Source of the DNA: a virus | Virus record (IMG/VR): IMGVR_UViG_3300037095_000059 | Strand: one strand, 5' to 3' | DNA: 64,000 nt | Shown here: one piece after another, positions 10,258-20,453 of the stretch | Layout of the letters: the number at the start of each line of letters is the position of its first letter | Position numbering within the stretch: position 1 is the first letter of the stretch | The notes under the pieces: generated by a model | Database searches by the model: none | What the model was told of the DNA's origin: nothing | Seen by the model: the letters and a program-made list of their open reading frames with translations, nothing else | Translations under genes and position numbers: made by a program

Positions 10258-10652
10258 TATTTGTTCTCCAAGAAGTAGCTAAGTGGTGTGGTCCGGGAAA
10301 TGGACGTGTCTTTCAGGGCCCTCTTCAGGAACTTCAAAATCTGATCTTGTCCAAGTTTTTCATTGAATCCCAAGACCCTCATAAGGTTTTCGAGTTTGTC
10401 GTCCTTTTTAATACCGGCGCGAGACTCCCCTTTGATCTTGATCTCCAGGTCAAAGCAAGAAGCACGATACCCGGCGAGCCACGACGTAAACAACCTCATG
10501 CCTTTTTCATCTATCGAGTTTTTGCCCGGGCGACTGAAGTTCAAGACTCCAATTGGATTACGAGCCTGGTAGAGGTCTCCATCGGGGTTTGTGGTTGCCC
10601 CTTTGAGGTGCGCCAAAGCATCAACTAGGGCTTCTACGCGATTAACGGACAT
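10257..10652 (-). CDS. hypothetical protein, 131 aa
   Basis: Track ORF. Its stop overlaps the start of the 606-aa gene by 1 nt. Confidence 0.6.
   Translation of the reverse strand: MSVNRVEALVDALAHLKGATTNPDGDLYQARNPIGVLNFSRPGKNSIDEKGMRLFTSWLAGYRASCFDLEIKIKGESRAGIKKDDKLENLMRVLGFNEKLGQDQILKFLKRALKDTSISRTTPLSYFLENK
10291..10305. repeat. 15-bp motif copy (variant)
   Basis: GTCCGGGAAATGGAC; in the 3-prime end of the 131-aa CDS. Confidence 0.8.
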
Positions 10653-10706
10653 GGCGTACCTTCTCTCTGTGCTTTTGCTTTTGCGAGTAAGTATTCAAAC
10701 ATCAGG

Positions 10707-11420
10707 CTATCCTCCCGACATCACTTTAGCGGCCCCGCCCATAGCTCCGGTAGCCAGACCCATGATGTTGTTCATCTCTTCTTGGTTGGCAGCCTGAACG
10801 GCGTTGGCCTCGGAGTTGGCGGAGTTGCTCATGCCCGTGGCGGCGTTGGCCATACCCGTAGCGTTTTGCTGACCGGCCACACTTAGTTCTCCGGATAAGG
10901 CGTTGTTGTAGTTCTGATAGCCTTGGTTGTAGCTGGCTTGCAGGTTTTGGGTCAGGCCGGATTGGGTTTCGTTTGCGGCGGCGGTTGCGAGGGTGGCCGC
11001 TTGCTGCGAAGCTACGCCGGAGGGCAGCATGGAGTTTCCTCCACCTTGGGCGGCTTGGTTTTCTTGCAGAGTCTTTTTCGCCGAGGCGTACTGCTGTCCA
11101 GTATTCTGAATCACCGAGGAGTTCAGGGTGTTCATTTCCTGCGTGTTGTAGCCCTGCTGGTTCGAACCCGCAGCGATTACAGAAGCGAACGTCGTGTTCA
11201 AAGACCCCAGGATGCTTTGGTTCGCCGCAAACTGTGTGTTTACGTCGTCAAGATAAGTCTTTTGCGCGGCAAGCTCGGCGTCCTGAGCTTGTGTTTGGGC
11301 TGCCGAAGCACCTTTCAGGAGAGCAAAGGGGCCCGTCCGGGTAATGGACTTTTCATAGAGCAGGATATAGCGGGATTGGCGCTCGCTCCAAACATAGACT
11401 GCTTTTGTAGTGACCTTCAT
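10707..11420 (-). CDS. Gln/Asn/Ala-rich structural protein, 237 aa
   Basis: Track ORF. Strongly Q/N/A/G biased, as in internal virion or ejection proteins. Confidence 0.6.
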   Translation of the reverse strand: MKVTTKAVYVWSERQSRYILLYEKSITRTGPFALLKGASAAQTQAQDAELAAQKTYLDDVNTQFAANQSILGSLNTTFASVIAAGSNQQGYNTQEMNTLNSSVIQNTGQQYASAKKTLQENQAAQGGGNSMLPSGVASQQAATLATAAANETQSGLTQNLQASYNQGYQNYNNALSGELSVAGQQNATGMANAATGMSNSANSEANAVQAANQEEMNNIMGLATGAMGGAAKVMSGG

Positions 11421-11831
11421 TTAGCCCTCTAATTCTCTGATCTTAACGCGGTAAACGGACCAAGGCAGCTTCTCAAAGACTTCCTGGTTCGTTGTCATGT
11501 GGTTCGTTCCGTCCTGTGTCCCCAGGAAATAAATCTCACCCACGCCCTTGAGGTGGGCTTGCGTAACCGTCTCCTGAAATAATTCTTTCATCGCGGTTGC
11601 AATTTGAAGCTTGGTGGCTCCCGGGCGGGCGGCGAAGCTGTCCATTATGAACGCTTGCTGAATCGGTTGGTAGGCCAAGGCCCCGTCTTTGTCGTAGGCG
11701 CAGAGCACGAACGTAGACGGGTATTTGACAACCTCCGGGTCGAACTCGTTGTCCGGGGTCTCCAGGGACCAGTCTACAAATTTCTTCGTATCGTCAGGTT
11801 TTGCAGGCCGCACGAAAACAAGATTGTGCAT
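11421..11831 (-). CDS. hypothetical protein, 136 aa
   Basis: Track ORF 11421..11900 trimmed to ATG 11831, which is preceded by GGAGAAACA. Longer starts would overlap the upstream gene. Confidence 0.5.
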   Translation of the reverse strand: MHNLVFVRPAKPDDTKKFVDWSLETPDNEFDPEVVKYPSTFVLCAYDKDGALAYQPIQQAFIMDSFAARPGATKLQIATAMKELFQETVTQAHLKGVGEIYFLGTQDGTNHMTTNQEVFEKLPWSVYRVKIRELEG

Positions 11832-11845
11832 TGTTTCTCCTTTAA

Positions 11846-12232
11846 CTATTTCCAAAAATGCCCTACGGCGTACATTATGGCGGCTAAGAACAAGGGCCAA
11901 AACTTTTCCAGCAAGCTCTTCTCACCGGACGAAGAGTCACGACTTGCCCGCAGGTCGTCTATCTCCTCGCAAAGCCGCTGATGCTCCCGGTCGTACACCT
12001 CTCGCTTGACAAAGTCCGCCCGGTCTTCGGCGAGTTGTTCCTTTGTCCTGTTTAGGTGTACCAAGTGAATATCAGTTGCTGCCTTCGCCAAATCAAGAGC
12101 TTTGGCTTCCAGCCGATGGGTCTCCGGGTGCTGATCCTGCCACTTCTCAACCACCGCCAGGCGAACAAAGATCGACGGAAGAGCGGCGTGAACCTTCTCG
12201 AATTCTTTTGAAAGGTGATCTATGTCGGTCAT
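11846..12232 (-). CDS. coiled-coil protein with C-terminal transmembrane anchor, 128 aa
   Basis: Track ORF. C-terminus is FWPLFLAAIMYAVGHFWK. Confidence 0.55.
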   Translation of the reverse strand: MTDIDHLSKEFEKVHAALPSIFVRLAVVEKWQDQHPETHRLEAKALDLAKAATDIHLVHLNRTKEQLAEDRADFVKREVYDREHQRLCEEIDDLRASRDSSSGEKSLLEKFWPLFLAAIMYAVGHFWK

Positions 12233-12601
12233 CTACGGCATCCTTGAGAGTAAGATGTTGATGCTGTCGCTTAAACGAGAAAACCCGTCTCGTAGGTCTT
12301 CTCGCAAGCCGTATAAAGCGTCGTTGGTCTTGTCCAGCTTATCGTTGGTCTTTTCCTGCTCGGCTTGAATGTGCGCTAAATGGTTGTCTTTGATTTGGAC
12401 AAGGTCGCCGCTGGCGGTATCAAGCTTATCCCCGTATTTTTCAAACTTACGGGCGACAGAATACAGCCGCTGAAGAAATAGCAGGAGCGCAGCCCAGCCC
12501 GCAACATACTGCCAGTTTTGAGAGAGCCACACACCGGGGTTCCAAGGAGAATTAAACATTTGTCGGCCTAAAGCAAGGGATGAGTCTCTAACGTAGTCCA
12601 T
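12233..12601 (-). CDS. membrane plus coiled-coil protein, 122 aa
   Basis: Track ORF. The ATG GAC start is embedded in a motif copy. Hydrophobic segment WQYVAGWAALLLFL. Confidence 0.55.
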   Translation of the reverse strand: MDYVRDSSLALGRQMFNSPWNPGVWLSQNWQYVAGWAALLLFLQRLYSVARKFEKYGDKLDTASGDLVQIKDNHLAHIQAEQEKTNDKLDKTNDALYGLREDLRDGFSRLSDSINILLSRMP

Positions 12602-12610
12602 TATCCGGAC
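12596..12610. repeat. 15-bp motif copy
   Basis: GTCCATTATCCGGAC; the minus strand reads GTCCGGATAATGGAC and supplies the ATG GAC start of 12233..12601. Confidence 0.9.
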
Positions 12611-13113
12611 TAATTTACTGCAATAATGCTGAAAGTCCCCCCGGCGGTTGCGGGGTGTGTCACGGTAATCTGCCCGTTGTTGGACTTCCCCGAAATATAT
12701 ACACCCGTCATGGCAGCGGCTGTCGCGTTGGTCGGGGTGAGCGTTACCGAACTGTTGGAAGTCACCCCCACGATTGTGACTATGTCCGAAGTTGAAGCTG
12801 TAGTAGTTAGCGTGCCAGTTAAAGACTTAGCCGGAGCGAGTGCCGGGGCTAACGTCGGAACAACAGCAGCGGGACTAGCAGTTAAAGCAGCGGCGGGGGT
12901 AAGCCTGTACTGCGGAATTTGCCCTCCGGTCTGATATTGACGAAGGCCATCAGGCGTTGAAGCCGTGGGCATGATCGGCAAGGGGCAGCGCAGAATCGGG
13001 CTCACTCCCGAGGTGGGCAAAGGAGGATGTGGTAGACTCCGGGGGGGAATTGGTCCTGCCCCCACAGCACCGGAGCGTGGTTCGGAATCGAGTCTGGAGG
13101 CTATGCTTGGCAT
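12610..13113 (-). CDS. fibre-associated protein with shared C-terminal THPATA module, 167 aa
   Basis: Track ORF. TAATG stop-start overlap with the 1018-aa gene. The last ~65 aa resemble the C-terminus of 20454..20969. Confidence 0.55.
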   Translation of the reverse strand: MPSIASRLDSEPRSGAVGAGPIPPRSLPHPPLPTSGVSPILRCPLPIMPTASTPDGLRQYQTGGQIPQYRLTPAAALTASPAAVVPTLAPALAPAKSLTGTLTTTASTSDIVTIVGVTSNSSVTLTPTNATAAAMTGVYISGKSNNGQITVTHPATAGGTFSIIAVN

Positions 13114-16100
13114 TACAATTCCTGTTCCCAGTCCCCGAACAAGGACAAGCTAAGTAGCTCATTCTTAACCACATCAGACCCAAAATTGACTTGTACCTGA
13201 AGGTGACGGCAGAGCGCGGGTTCTTCAGTTTGAGACAGCCAGAATCTTTGTGCTTCTACCGAGAGACTGGGAGACAACTGCGGGGGGTCTGTTGTGTAGA
13301 CCGTCAGGGGTTCGAAATACCCGGAGGACACAGGAGCTATCTCGTCCAACTGTACAGCCAGAGTAAGGGGGGTTCCGACCTTGACCGAGTCCGTGGTGAA
13401 AAATGCGGTGTGTGCAGTTTGGCCGGGCTGTGCCAAAACCAAACTGCCCAATATGGCCCAGGCCGGGTAAGGAGCCCCGTCGTCCTCGTAAACAGCGGAA
13501 TCCCGCTTCAGAATGGGTCCGCCTGCGGCTGGGGGGCCTATCAGAAGGGCATGAACCCCAGAAGAAGTCTCGACGGACTGCACCGCCGAAAAACCGGAAA
13601 CGATTTGAGCTTTAGGGCTCCACACAGTTCCGGTCTCGGGCGAGGGGGTGGGACACATCCTCCACCACGTATCGGCATAATCGGAGACGTACAGACCTTT
13701 GTCCGCCGACCCCGAAACGTGCCAAGTCAACTGAGTTTGCAGAGCGGTAAAGGTTGAGGTCGGGAACTGATCTCCAATTGGAAAGCCGATTTCGGACAGA
13801 CCCGAACTGGGGTCCAGGGTTAAAATCTGATTGTCCGAGGAATACAGGAACACGATGCTTCCGTTGACGGCAAAAGCGTCGTAGGAAGACAGCCCGATCC
13901 CGGTCATAAATGGAGTAGAGAAAAAGGAGCTAGACGAAGTCCCAAGCCCCTGAATGAGGTAGATGTCTGCTGTTGTGAAGACATACAAACCACTCGTGGT
14001 GGGGAACATCCGAATTACTGTGTCGGGGAAGACAAAGACATTGGCCGGAGGCCAAGCTTCATTTCCGCTCCCAACCAAAGCATCAGGACCGGCGGAGAAA
14101 TAAACAGAGGTATTGACCGCGCCCCAGATTCTTCCCAAGTGATAAACCAAGGCGGATATTCCAACAGGCGGAGGGTCGTTCGAGTTGTCTACCGGAGCTT
14201 CAATAAGTTCGTCTAGGTTCGTGTCCGCTGTTGTGTCCGTGTAAATCCAGGTTTTTCCCCCGCCGGGGTTTGGAATTTCATCCAAGTAAAAGAGAGTGGA
14301 ACCCCCTTGAACTGTGCGCCAAATGTAGATTTCATTAACCTGCGGGTCGGCTGATCCTAAACCCTGCACCACGGCGAGGTTTCCAGCAGATACAACTATC
14401 GGAGCACTTTGAGGATCAGAAGTGCTGACTGTGTCCGTCAAAGTGTTGACGTAGCTGAAGGCATATATCCACGCGCCCGTGTTGGCGGCTGTATACGGTC
14501 CGGTGTTTAGCCAAGTTTGCGTGTTATCATAAGTATAAGCTCCTGTGGTTGTGCTCCATCCTCCGGTAGGAACTGCCCCCGCTCCAGTTTCTCCGAACGC
14601 TTGTACTTGCTGTAAATTTCCGTTGGAGTCAAGAATCTGTGTAGCCAAACTTAGATTTTGACTAGCTCCCGGCCAGGTGGAAGAGGAAGCTCCCCGGTTA
14701 GTCCAGGACACCCCCGTGGTCTCGGTTACGGTTGTGCCGAGCCCATTAGTCCACTGCGGAGCCGAAGTCCCAGTTGTTCCCGCAACAGTGCATTGGAAAA
14801 CACCCTCGGCGCTAACAAGCTGTTGGACATTGACTGTGGTGTAGGAGTAGTGGCCCGGGATCGACCCATTAGCCGGAATCCATGTTGTTACAGTTTGCGG
14901 GACAGTGATGTAATAAAAGATGAGAGCTTCTATTACGTCCCCAACTGTGTAGGGAGTTGCGGCGACCCAAGCGGGGGTGCCAAGGCAAGTCCATTGTGCT
15001 GGGGTGGCTGGGGACCCGTGGTTGTCAATAGTAACGTGTCCTGTGTGTGTGTCCCAAGTAGGAGCCGAAGTCCCAGTTGTTCCGGCAGAAGTTAGCTGAA
15101 ACAGATAGAGATTGCTCCCGACCGTGACTTCAATAACGAACGACGGAGCGTACCATGTGTTCTGTGCCCAGGATGAAGACAACGGAGCGGGAGCCTGTGT
15201 TACGAGAGGCGCGGAAACCGGAGTTGCTATTCCCCAATTCTCGGTCTGAAGCCCCGCGTTTTCCCACTGAGCCCCGCCATCTTGTGTTATTGCTCCAAAC
15301 GTAGTGGCCCAGGTGGGTTGAGATGGTCCGGCTCCGCTCACTCCTGTTCCTGTGGTGGCGGTTCCGGTTTCTGCACGAGTACTTTGCGTCAGGGCGGAAG
15401 CGAATTGGACCTGTTGTCCGTTCACAACAGAAGTAACAGTTTGAGTAGTGCCGTTGAGAGCGGGAACCGAGGTTAGCCCGGTCAAATATAGCTTTGTACC
15501 AACAGGAATGGACAACTGAGTCGAAGGATCGAAAAACAGCGTGGCCGTGCCCGACCCAATCGAAATGTTGGTGATGGTCGCTGTCTGGCTGCCAATAACA
15601 ACTTGTAGGTATCCGTTCGAGTCTACAATGAAGTTGCCTTGGTCATAGGAAGTCGAAGCCGTCCAGGACAGCAGGCTTCCGACAATCTTTTGCACATCCA
15701 CGCCGTCCGAAAAATACAGCGTGTTGCCCACACTCAGGAACGAGGATTTTCCAGCCCCCGCAGATTTAGTAAAGACCGGAGTTGGGCTCGCGTTTCCCGA
15801 GCCTGCGGGCGGAACATCGTAGACAGCATTCGCCGTATCCGCCAGAACTTTTATCTTCTCGGTATTGGAATTGAATAAGTGCCAGGAGTACCAGCGGTCA
15901 ACGGCGGGGAAGGTGTCGGGAGTTCCTGTCTGATAGGGAGACGATCCTGGGCGACGGACAAGAGTTAGCTTGGTGCTGATCTCGGTGTTTAGGCCGTCGA
16001 TCAGACATTCGGTTCTCTCGCCATAGAACTCAGCCTCAATATGCGCGGCGTTAGAACGAAGTGGGTTTCTTTGAGTTACGATACCGTCATAGAAGGAGTT

Positions 16101-16169
16101 GTTCCAGAGAACTCCGAACTTCGGCGGGCGGCTAGGCTGTGATCCCTTTTTCGCTAACTCGTTTGGCAC
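13113..16169 (-). CDS. large tail/baseplate-like structural protein, 1018 aa
   Basis: Track ORF with a GTG start. Repeated G-T-S-A-P-x-W...G...W motifs; the C-terminal half looks beta-propeller-like. Confidence 0.65.
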   Translation of the reverse strand: MPNELAKKGSQPSRPPKFGVLWNNSFYDGIVTQRNPLRSNAAHIEAEFYGERTECLIDGLNTEISTKLTLVRRPGSSPYQTGTPDTFPAVDRWYSWHLFNSNTEKIKVLADTANAVYDVPPAGSGNASPTPVFTKSAGAGKSSFLSVGNTLYFSDGVDVQKIVGSLLSWTASTSYDQGNFIVDSNGYLQVVIGSQTATITNISIGSGTATLFFDPSTQLSIPVGTKLYLTGLTSVPALNGTTQTVTSVVNGQQVQFASALTQSTRAETGTATTGTGVSGAGPSQPTWATTFGAITQDGGAQWENAGLQTENWGIATPVSAPLVTQAPAPLSSSWAQNTWYAPSFVIEVTVGSNLYLFQLTSAGTTGTSAPTWDTHTGHVTIDNHGSPATPAQWTCLGTPAWVAATPYTVGDVIEALIFYYITVPQTVTTWIPANGSIPGHYSYTTVNVQQLVSAEGVFQCTVAGTTGTSAPQWTNGLGTTVTETTGVSWTNRGASSSTWPGASQNLSLATQILDSNGNLQQVQAFGETGAGAVPTGGWSTTTGAYTYDNTQTWLNTGPYTAANTGAWIYAFSYVNTLTDTVSTSDPQSAPIVVSAGNLAVVQGLGSADPQVNEIYIWRTVQGGSTLFYLDEIPNPGGGKTWIYTDTTADTNLDELIEAPVDNSNDPPPVGISALVYHLGRIWGAVNTSVYFSAGPDALVGSGNEAWPPANVFVFPDTVIRMFPTTSGLYVFTTADIYLIQGLGTSSSSFFSTPFMTGIGLSSYDAFAVNGSIVFLYSSDNQILTLDPSSGLSEIGFPIGDQFPTSTFTALQTQLTWHVSGSADKGLYVSDYADTWWRMCPTPSPETGTVWSPKAQIVSGFSAVQSVETSSGVHALLIGPPAAGGPILKRDSAVYEDDGAPYPAWAILGSLVLAQPGQTAHTAFFTTDSVKVGTPLTLAVQLDEIAPVSSGYFEPLTVYTTDPPQLSPSLSVEAQRFWLSQTEEPALCRHLQVQVNFGSDVVKNELLSLSLFGDWEQEL

Positions 16170-16185
16170 TAGAAGTCTCCGAAAA

Positions 16186-16200
16186 GTCCATTATCTGGAC
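16186..16200. repeat. 15-bp motif copy
   Basis: GTCCATTATCTGGAC; 17 nt upstream of the 1018-aa gene start. Confidence 0.9.
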
Positions 16201-16267
16201 AGAAAAGTGTTGACAAAACTTGGGCGGGTGTGGTACAGTAATCTTGGAGGACTTATCTTGAGAAGTA

Positions 16268-17362
16268 TCAGAAACCTACGCCCGGACAAGGTCCATAAGG
16301 CCAAGCCGCCCCAATGTTTTGAGGAGCGTTCATCGCCCCATAGCCGCCGCCCATCAGGCTCTGCTCCGGTGTGAATCTGAAATCTTCTTGTTGACGATCT
16401 GCGGCGCGGAGGGCTTTTTGAAGAGTTTCGAGCCATTCGCCGTACATCTGCATTCCTTGTTGTAGATTGTTTTCTCTATAGAGGGCCGCCCGAACTCCAG
16501 CACGAAACAAATAAGACAGCTCAGCGGGAAGCGGCCAGATTGTCTGCTGCAAGGTATATAGTACGGGAGGCCGTACCTGGTATTGTACAACTGCCCACCA
16601 CTCCAGCCCATTCAACGCGGGAACGGGGCTCATTCTCAAGCACATCCCCAACGGATCGGCGACGGTCCACACAACCGTCCCATCCTGAATCATGGTCCCG
16701 GGCGTTGCGTTTGGGGGAGCGAAGGGTTGTGTGCTTCCCGAAATTCCATAGGGATAAAATCCGGGTGGGGTTAGGGTAGTTCCTGTGTAGCCGGGGGACT
16801 CGATGTTCAGCCCCAGATTGGTGGAGTCGATGTACAGGATGTTCCCGTTTATGTCCATGAATTGCTGAATGGGCGACCGGGGAAGTTGAGCCTGGCCATA
16901 CCCGCAGCTATACGCAGTATTAGCCTGCCACAAGCCGAGAGAAGCAAGAGAATTGGGAATGAAGGAGATATTGAAGGGAACCGTCTGCGCGGCTGTCCAA
17001 GTCAAATCCCGGACAGTCTCCATCTCACGAATTGGCTTCGGCGCTCCGTTGTTGTTGGATGTGGAGTTGTTGATGTCCACGACCCAAGCGTTTTCCAGCC
17101 AGCCTATGTCGGTAACTTGCGTGCAATAGTCCTGCTGTAAGCTCACGGTCAGAAATGGGGGAATGATTTTCCGGTTCCACTTCCAAGGCATGTTTTCTGC
17201 CAGAATCCGCGAAAGCACTTCATTGCAAATGGAAAGGAAAGGTTCTGTGGTGTAACCAGGAGCGCCGCCCAAGACGCTATAGAAATCCGGATTCGCCTTC
17301 ATCTGCATAACGATGGTTTGCAACGTCGGGCTTGTGCTCTGGCTTCCTGACAATACTGTCAT
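16268..17362 (-). CDS. structural protein, 364 aa
   Basis: Track ORF. The C-terminal half has the same layout as 21721..22659 (...P.P......YQ..P..L.......P.PD/AELSYL...). Confidence 0.6.
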   Translation of the reverse strand: MTVLSGSQSTSPTLQTIVMQMKANPDFYSVLGGAPGYTTEPFLSICNEVLSRILAENMPWKWNRKIIPPFLTVSLQQDYCTQVTDIGWLENAWVVDINNSTSNNNGAPKPIREMETVRDLTWTAAQTVPFNISFIPNSLASLGLWQANTAYSCGYGQAQLPRSPIQQFMDINGNILYIDSTNLGLNIESPGYTGTTLTPPGFYPYGISGSTQPFAPPNATPGTMIQDGTVVWTVADPLGMCLRMSPVPALNGLEWWAVVQYQVRPPVLYTLQQTIWPLPAELSYLFRAGVRAALYRENNLQQGMQMYGEWLETLQKALRAADRQQEDFRFTPEQSLMGGGYGAMNAPQNIGAAWPYGPCPGVGF

Positions 17363-17371
17363 ACTATCTCC

Positions 17372-17386
17372 GTCCGGTTAATGGAC
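17372..17386. repeat. 15-bp motif copy
   Basis: GTCCGGTTAATGGAC; 10 nt upstream of the start at 17362. Confidence 0.9.
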
Positions 17387-17412
17387 TTTTTGTGTCTGTG
17401 TTCGGATCGTTT

Positions 17413-17480
17413 CCGATTACTGGATATGCAGCGCGTCCGTGTTCTGATTTCATGCCCTAGTTTCCGTCGCAGTGATAGAA
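17413..17480. repeat. 68-bp segment identical to 40872..40939
   Basis: CCGATTACTGGATATGCAGCGCGTCCGTGTTCTGATTTCATGCCCTAGTTTCCGTCGCAGTGATAGAA. It covers the last 7 codons, the stop and 44 nt downstream of the 994-aa gene. Confidence 0.9.
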
Positions 17481-20441
17481 CAGGTTGCCGGTCAGTGCCG
17501 GAAAAGTGAATGTCACCGCTGTCTTGCTTTGGGTGCTGTTATAGACGTTGGTTGCCAGCGTTGTACTGGAATTGGCCGTGCAGAACGCTGCGTTCGTCCA
17601 GCCTGAGTTGGCAAAGGTGATGGTGACACTCGTTGCCGCGCTCAGGCCGGTGATCTTGCCACCTGCATTGGTGGAGTAGGCTGCGATAGTTCCCGCTGAG
17701 GTTATGGGCGCTGTTGCTGTGATGTGCTGAGTGCCATTCAGCCATGTTCCCAGCGTTGTTGTGTTGCCCAGCGTTGTTGTGTTGCTGCCCTCCCCAACTG
17801 CTCCGTTGCCAATCACATTTTCATTCGTGTCGCCGCTGGCATTTGCCTCCGTGTTAACGCCCAAATAGACGCTGTTTGAAGAGGTTGTGTTGGCTGTCGA
17901 ACCGTCGCTGATAAATTGACCAGCGCTGTACCCCTGCGCGGTGTTGTTGTTGCCGGTGGTGTTGGAGATGAGGGCCAGATACCCATTCGCGGTGTTGTCG
18001 GCGCCGGTGCCAGTCAGGTTTCCCGCTCCCCCAGAGTAGTAGTTATTGAGTGATGTCTGCGCCTGTAGGGCCGGAACCCCATTTAACAAAACACCGTTTG
18101 ATCCTATGGTCGTAGGTGTTATAGTGCCAGCCGCGACGGTGCCTGGAAATGTGCTGACCTGCGAACTTGTGCCAAGCGTGCCAGTCTGTGTTACGCCGGT
18201 GATGTTCAGGTTTGCCCCCGCTGCTGTGGTTGCGCCTGTGCCGCCCGACGCCGGAAGCAATGGCGATCCAAGCGTCTCACTGCCAGCGGCCAAATTTCTG
18301 GAGACTAGCACGTCGCCTGTGGTATTAAGGGCTGGAGGTGTAAAAGACACCACAGATTGTCCAATATCGCTGGATGATGGTAGTGCGTTAGAGTTTGGAC
18401 ATACACTCGCTCCACTAGCCGAATTCTGCGGAAGCTGGTGTGCCGTATCAGTTTTAAGGACATCCCAACAAACAACACCATCAATCGAAGGGGGTACGAT
18501 AGTTATATAGTGCGTAGAATCCAATGTGGCAGGCCCGCTCACAGTCGCAAAAGCAGATGGCATTGTAATTCCGCCGTTAGCGTCATAGCCTATCACTGCA
18601 TAAGTGTAAGTTGTTCCGGTACCTCCAGTGGCTGTGAGTGTCGGCGTCGCCGGATTTGCAATGGCGCTTACTGTCACCTTTCCTGTACTAGCGATCCCCG
18701 ATGTTGGAATGAGTTCGCCTGCATAAAATGGAGCACCCCCATAACGACCGTAAATCGAAGTTTGTAGCCCTTGATAGGATAAGCTCAAACCGCCATTGTT
18801 CAATTGCAGTAGATTGCTAACATCGTACCCATTGCTGTACATGAACTTTGAACCAAAATAGATGCCTGTCCTTAAGCCGATGGTCGGTGTGGTAGCATCA
18901 GGCCCCCAAACGAAGTTAGTGCCGTATCCTCCGCAAGGTGCCCACGCACCACCGCCGTAGGACATCGGGCCTAGTATAAGATTGTCGGTCCCGCCAAGAA
19001 CGTCACACCCGTTAGCCTCTTCATAAGGACTGATGATTGAGTCGCCATAATCGTTAAGGTTAATTCCGTGCAGACTAGCACCTTCGATATCTGGATGAAT
19101 GAAGGTATTTTTCGCTCCACCAGAGAGATACAGTCCCGTAGCTCCCCACCACGTACCACCGTAAAAGCTGTTTGAGTTGACTCCTGAAGGGTAACCACTG
19201 CTGTTTTTTGTGTACAGTCCGTAGGTAGCTCCATTGGAATCAACATCATGAAAACTGTTGTAGCAGGTGCACCCTCCGGGGCCGTCCATATAAGTTCCAG
19301 TATCAAACGCATTGATGGTCAACCTCTCAATGCGAGTGCCTAGTACATTGCTTCCATTACCACCTACCATAAGCCCGATAGAACCACTCGCAGGAGTGAC
19401 CCCAAATACAGACTGAATACTAAAATCGGCAAGCTGTGCCCCCTGTAAACCAGCGAAGGTACTTCCACTCTCGTTATAGTTTTGCACACACACGCTAGTT
19501 GTTGATGTAGCGCAATAGATGATCGAACCACTACCAGCAGGCTGTCCGTAGTAGTTATAAGTTCCGAACATGCCCACGCCTAAGATTTGAGCGTGAGAGC
19601 GGTAAACCATATTCGTCCCTGCGGCAAACGATACTGACGCGGCAGGAAGCAGGAGCGTTACGGAGAGTGCTCCATTACCTACTGTTACCGTGCTAGACGA
19701 GGACTGGAGGCCAACGAAGTTCCGTGCATCACAAGTGCCTCCCCCTGCCACCACTACGGCTGCGAGACAAGCGTTTACTTTCGCGCCCCAGTCCGCCCCC
19801 GGAAACTGATCCGCCTGAAAGGGTGCACCGATCTGCTTTCCAGTTACCGAAGTGGCCGCCGCAACGGTGCCTGGGAAAGTGGCCGTACCACTAGCCCCGA
19901 TGGCCCCTGTCTGCGTTGCGCCAAGGTTGACTTGAGCGCCGATACTCGCTGGCACTTCCACGCTGATGTTGCTGCCGCTGTGCTTCCACGTTCCGAGCGT
20001 GTAGCCCGCGTCTGCCGTTGGCGTTGTGCTGTCCAGGTTGGGGCTGGATACTACCGTGCCGTCCACGCTGAGAGTGCCGCCTCCGCCCGAGCCTCCAGAA
20101 CAAATATTGGGCATATTTTGAATCCCTTGGCCCGGGAACGAAACGGACTCCGTGACGCAGTAGCTTAGCGGTATGTAGTAGCTATAGTTGCCCGAGGCGT
20201 CTGCATGTACAACGGGGGGAGAAATCAGAGCAGTCAAAAGAGGATCAGAATAGATAGTTGCCGCTAGGCCGGTGGTGGTGCTAGTTACCGAAACCGTTGC
20301 ATAGGGAACCACGTTCGCCGCAACCCCTTGGGGGGCGCGGGCGATAACCTGAGACAAACGATGGTAGCCCGTAGTGGACTGTCCGGATAATGGACAAATC
20401 GACAGGGCGGCGAGCACGACGGCGAGCAGAAACTTTTTCAT
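17457..20441 (-). CDS. tailspike/depolymerase-like beta-helix protein with Sec-type signal peptide, 994 aa
   Basis: Track ORF. N-terminus is MKKFLLAVVLAALSICPLSGQ. A segment like ADQFPGADWGAKVNACLAAVVVAGGGTCDARNF is typical of pectate-lyase-type tailspikes. Modules are shared with 40916..42526 and 20454..20969. Confidence 0.7.
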   Translation of the reverse strand: MKKFLLAVVLAALSICPLSGQSTTGYHRLSQVIARAPQGVAANVVPYATVSVTSTTTGLAATIYSDPLLTALISPPVVHADASGNYSYYIPLSYCVTESVSFPGQGIQNMPNICSGGSGGGGTLSVDGTVVSSPNLDSTTPTADAGYTLGTWKHSGSNISVEVPASIGAQVNLGATQTGAIGASGTATFPGTVAAATSVTGKQIGAPFQADQFPGADWGAKVNACLAAVVVAGGGTCDARNFVGLQSSSSTVTVGNGALSVTLLLPAASVSFAAGTNMVYRSHAQILGVGMFGTYNYYGQPAGSGSIIYCATSTTSVCVQNYNESGSTFAGLQGAQLADFSIQSVFGVTPASGSIGLMVGGNGSNVLGTRIERLTINAFDTGTYMDGPGGCTCYNSFHDVDSNGATYGLYTKNSSGYPSGVNSNSFYGGTWWGATGLYLSGGAKNTFIHPDIEGASLHGINLNDYGDSIISPYEEANGCDVLGGTDNLILGPMSYGGGAWAPCGGYGTNFVWGPDATTPTIGLRTGIYFGSKFMYSNGYDVSNLLQLNNGGLSLSYQGLQTSIYGRYGGAPFYAGELIPTSGIASTGKVTVSAIANPATPTLTATGGTGTTYTYAVIGYDANGGITMPSAFATVSGPATLDSTHYITIVPPSIDGVVCWDVLKTDTAHQLPQNSASGASVCPNSNALPSSSDIGQSVVSFTPPALNTTGDVLVSRNLAAGSETLGSPLLPASGGTGATTAAGANLNITGVTQTGTLGTSSQVSTFPGTVAAGTITPTTIGSNGVLLNGVPALQAQTSLNNYYSGGAGNLTGTGADNTANGYLALISNTTGNNNTAQGYSAGQFISDGSTANTTSSNSVYLGVNTEANASGDTNENVIGNGAVGEGSNTTTLGNTTTLGTWLNGTQHITATAPITSAGTIAAYSTNAGGKITGLSAATSVTITFANSGWTNAAFCTANSSTTLATNVYNSTQSKTAVTFTFPALTGNLFYHCDGN
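20381..20395. repeat. 15-bp motif copy
   Basis: GTCCGGATAATGGAC; inside the signal-peptide codons of the 994-aa gene. Confidence 0.9.
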
Positions 20442-20453
20442 CTTTCCTCTTGA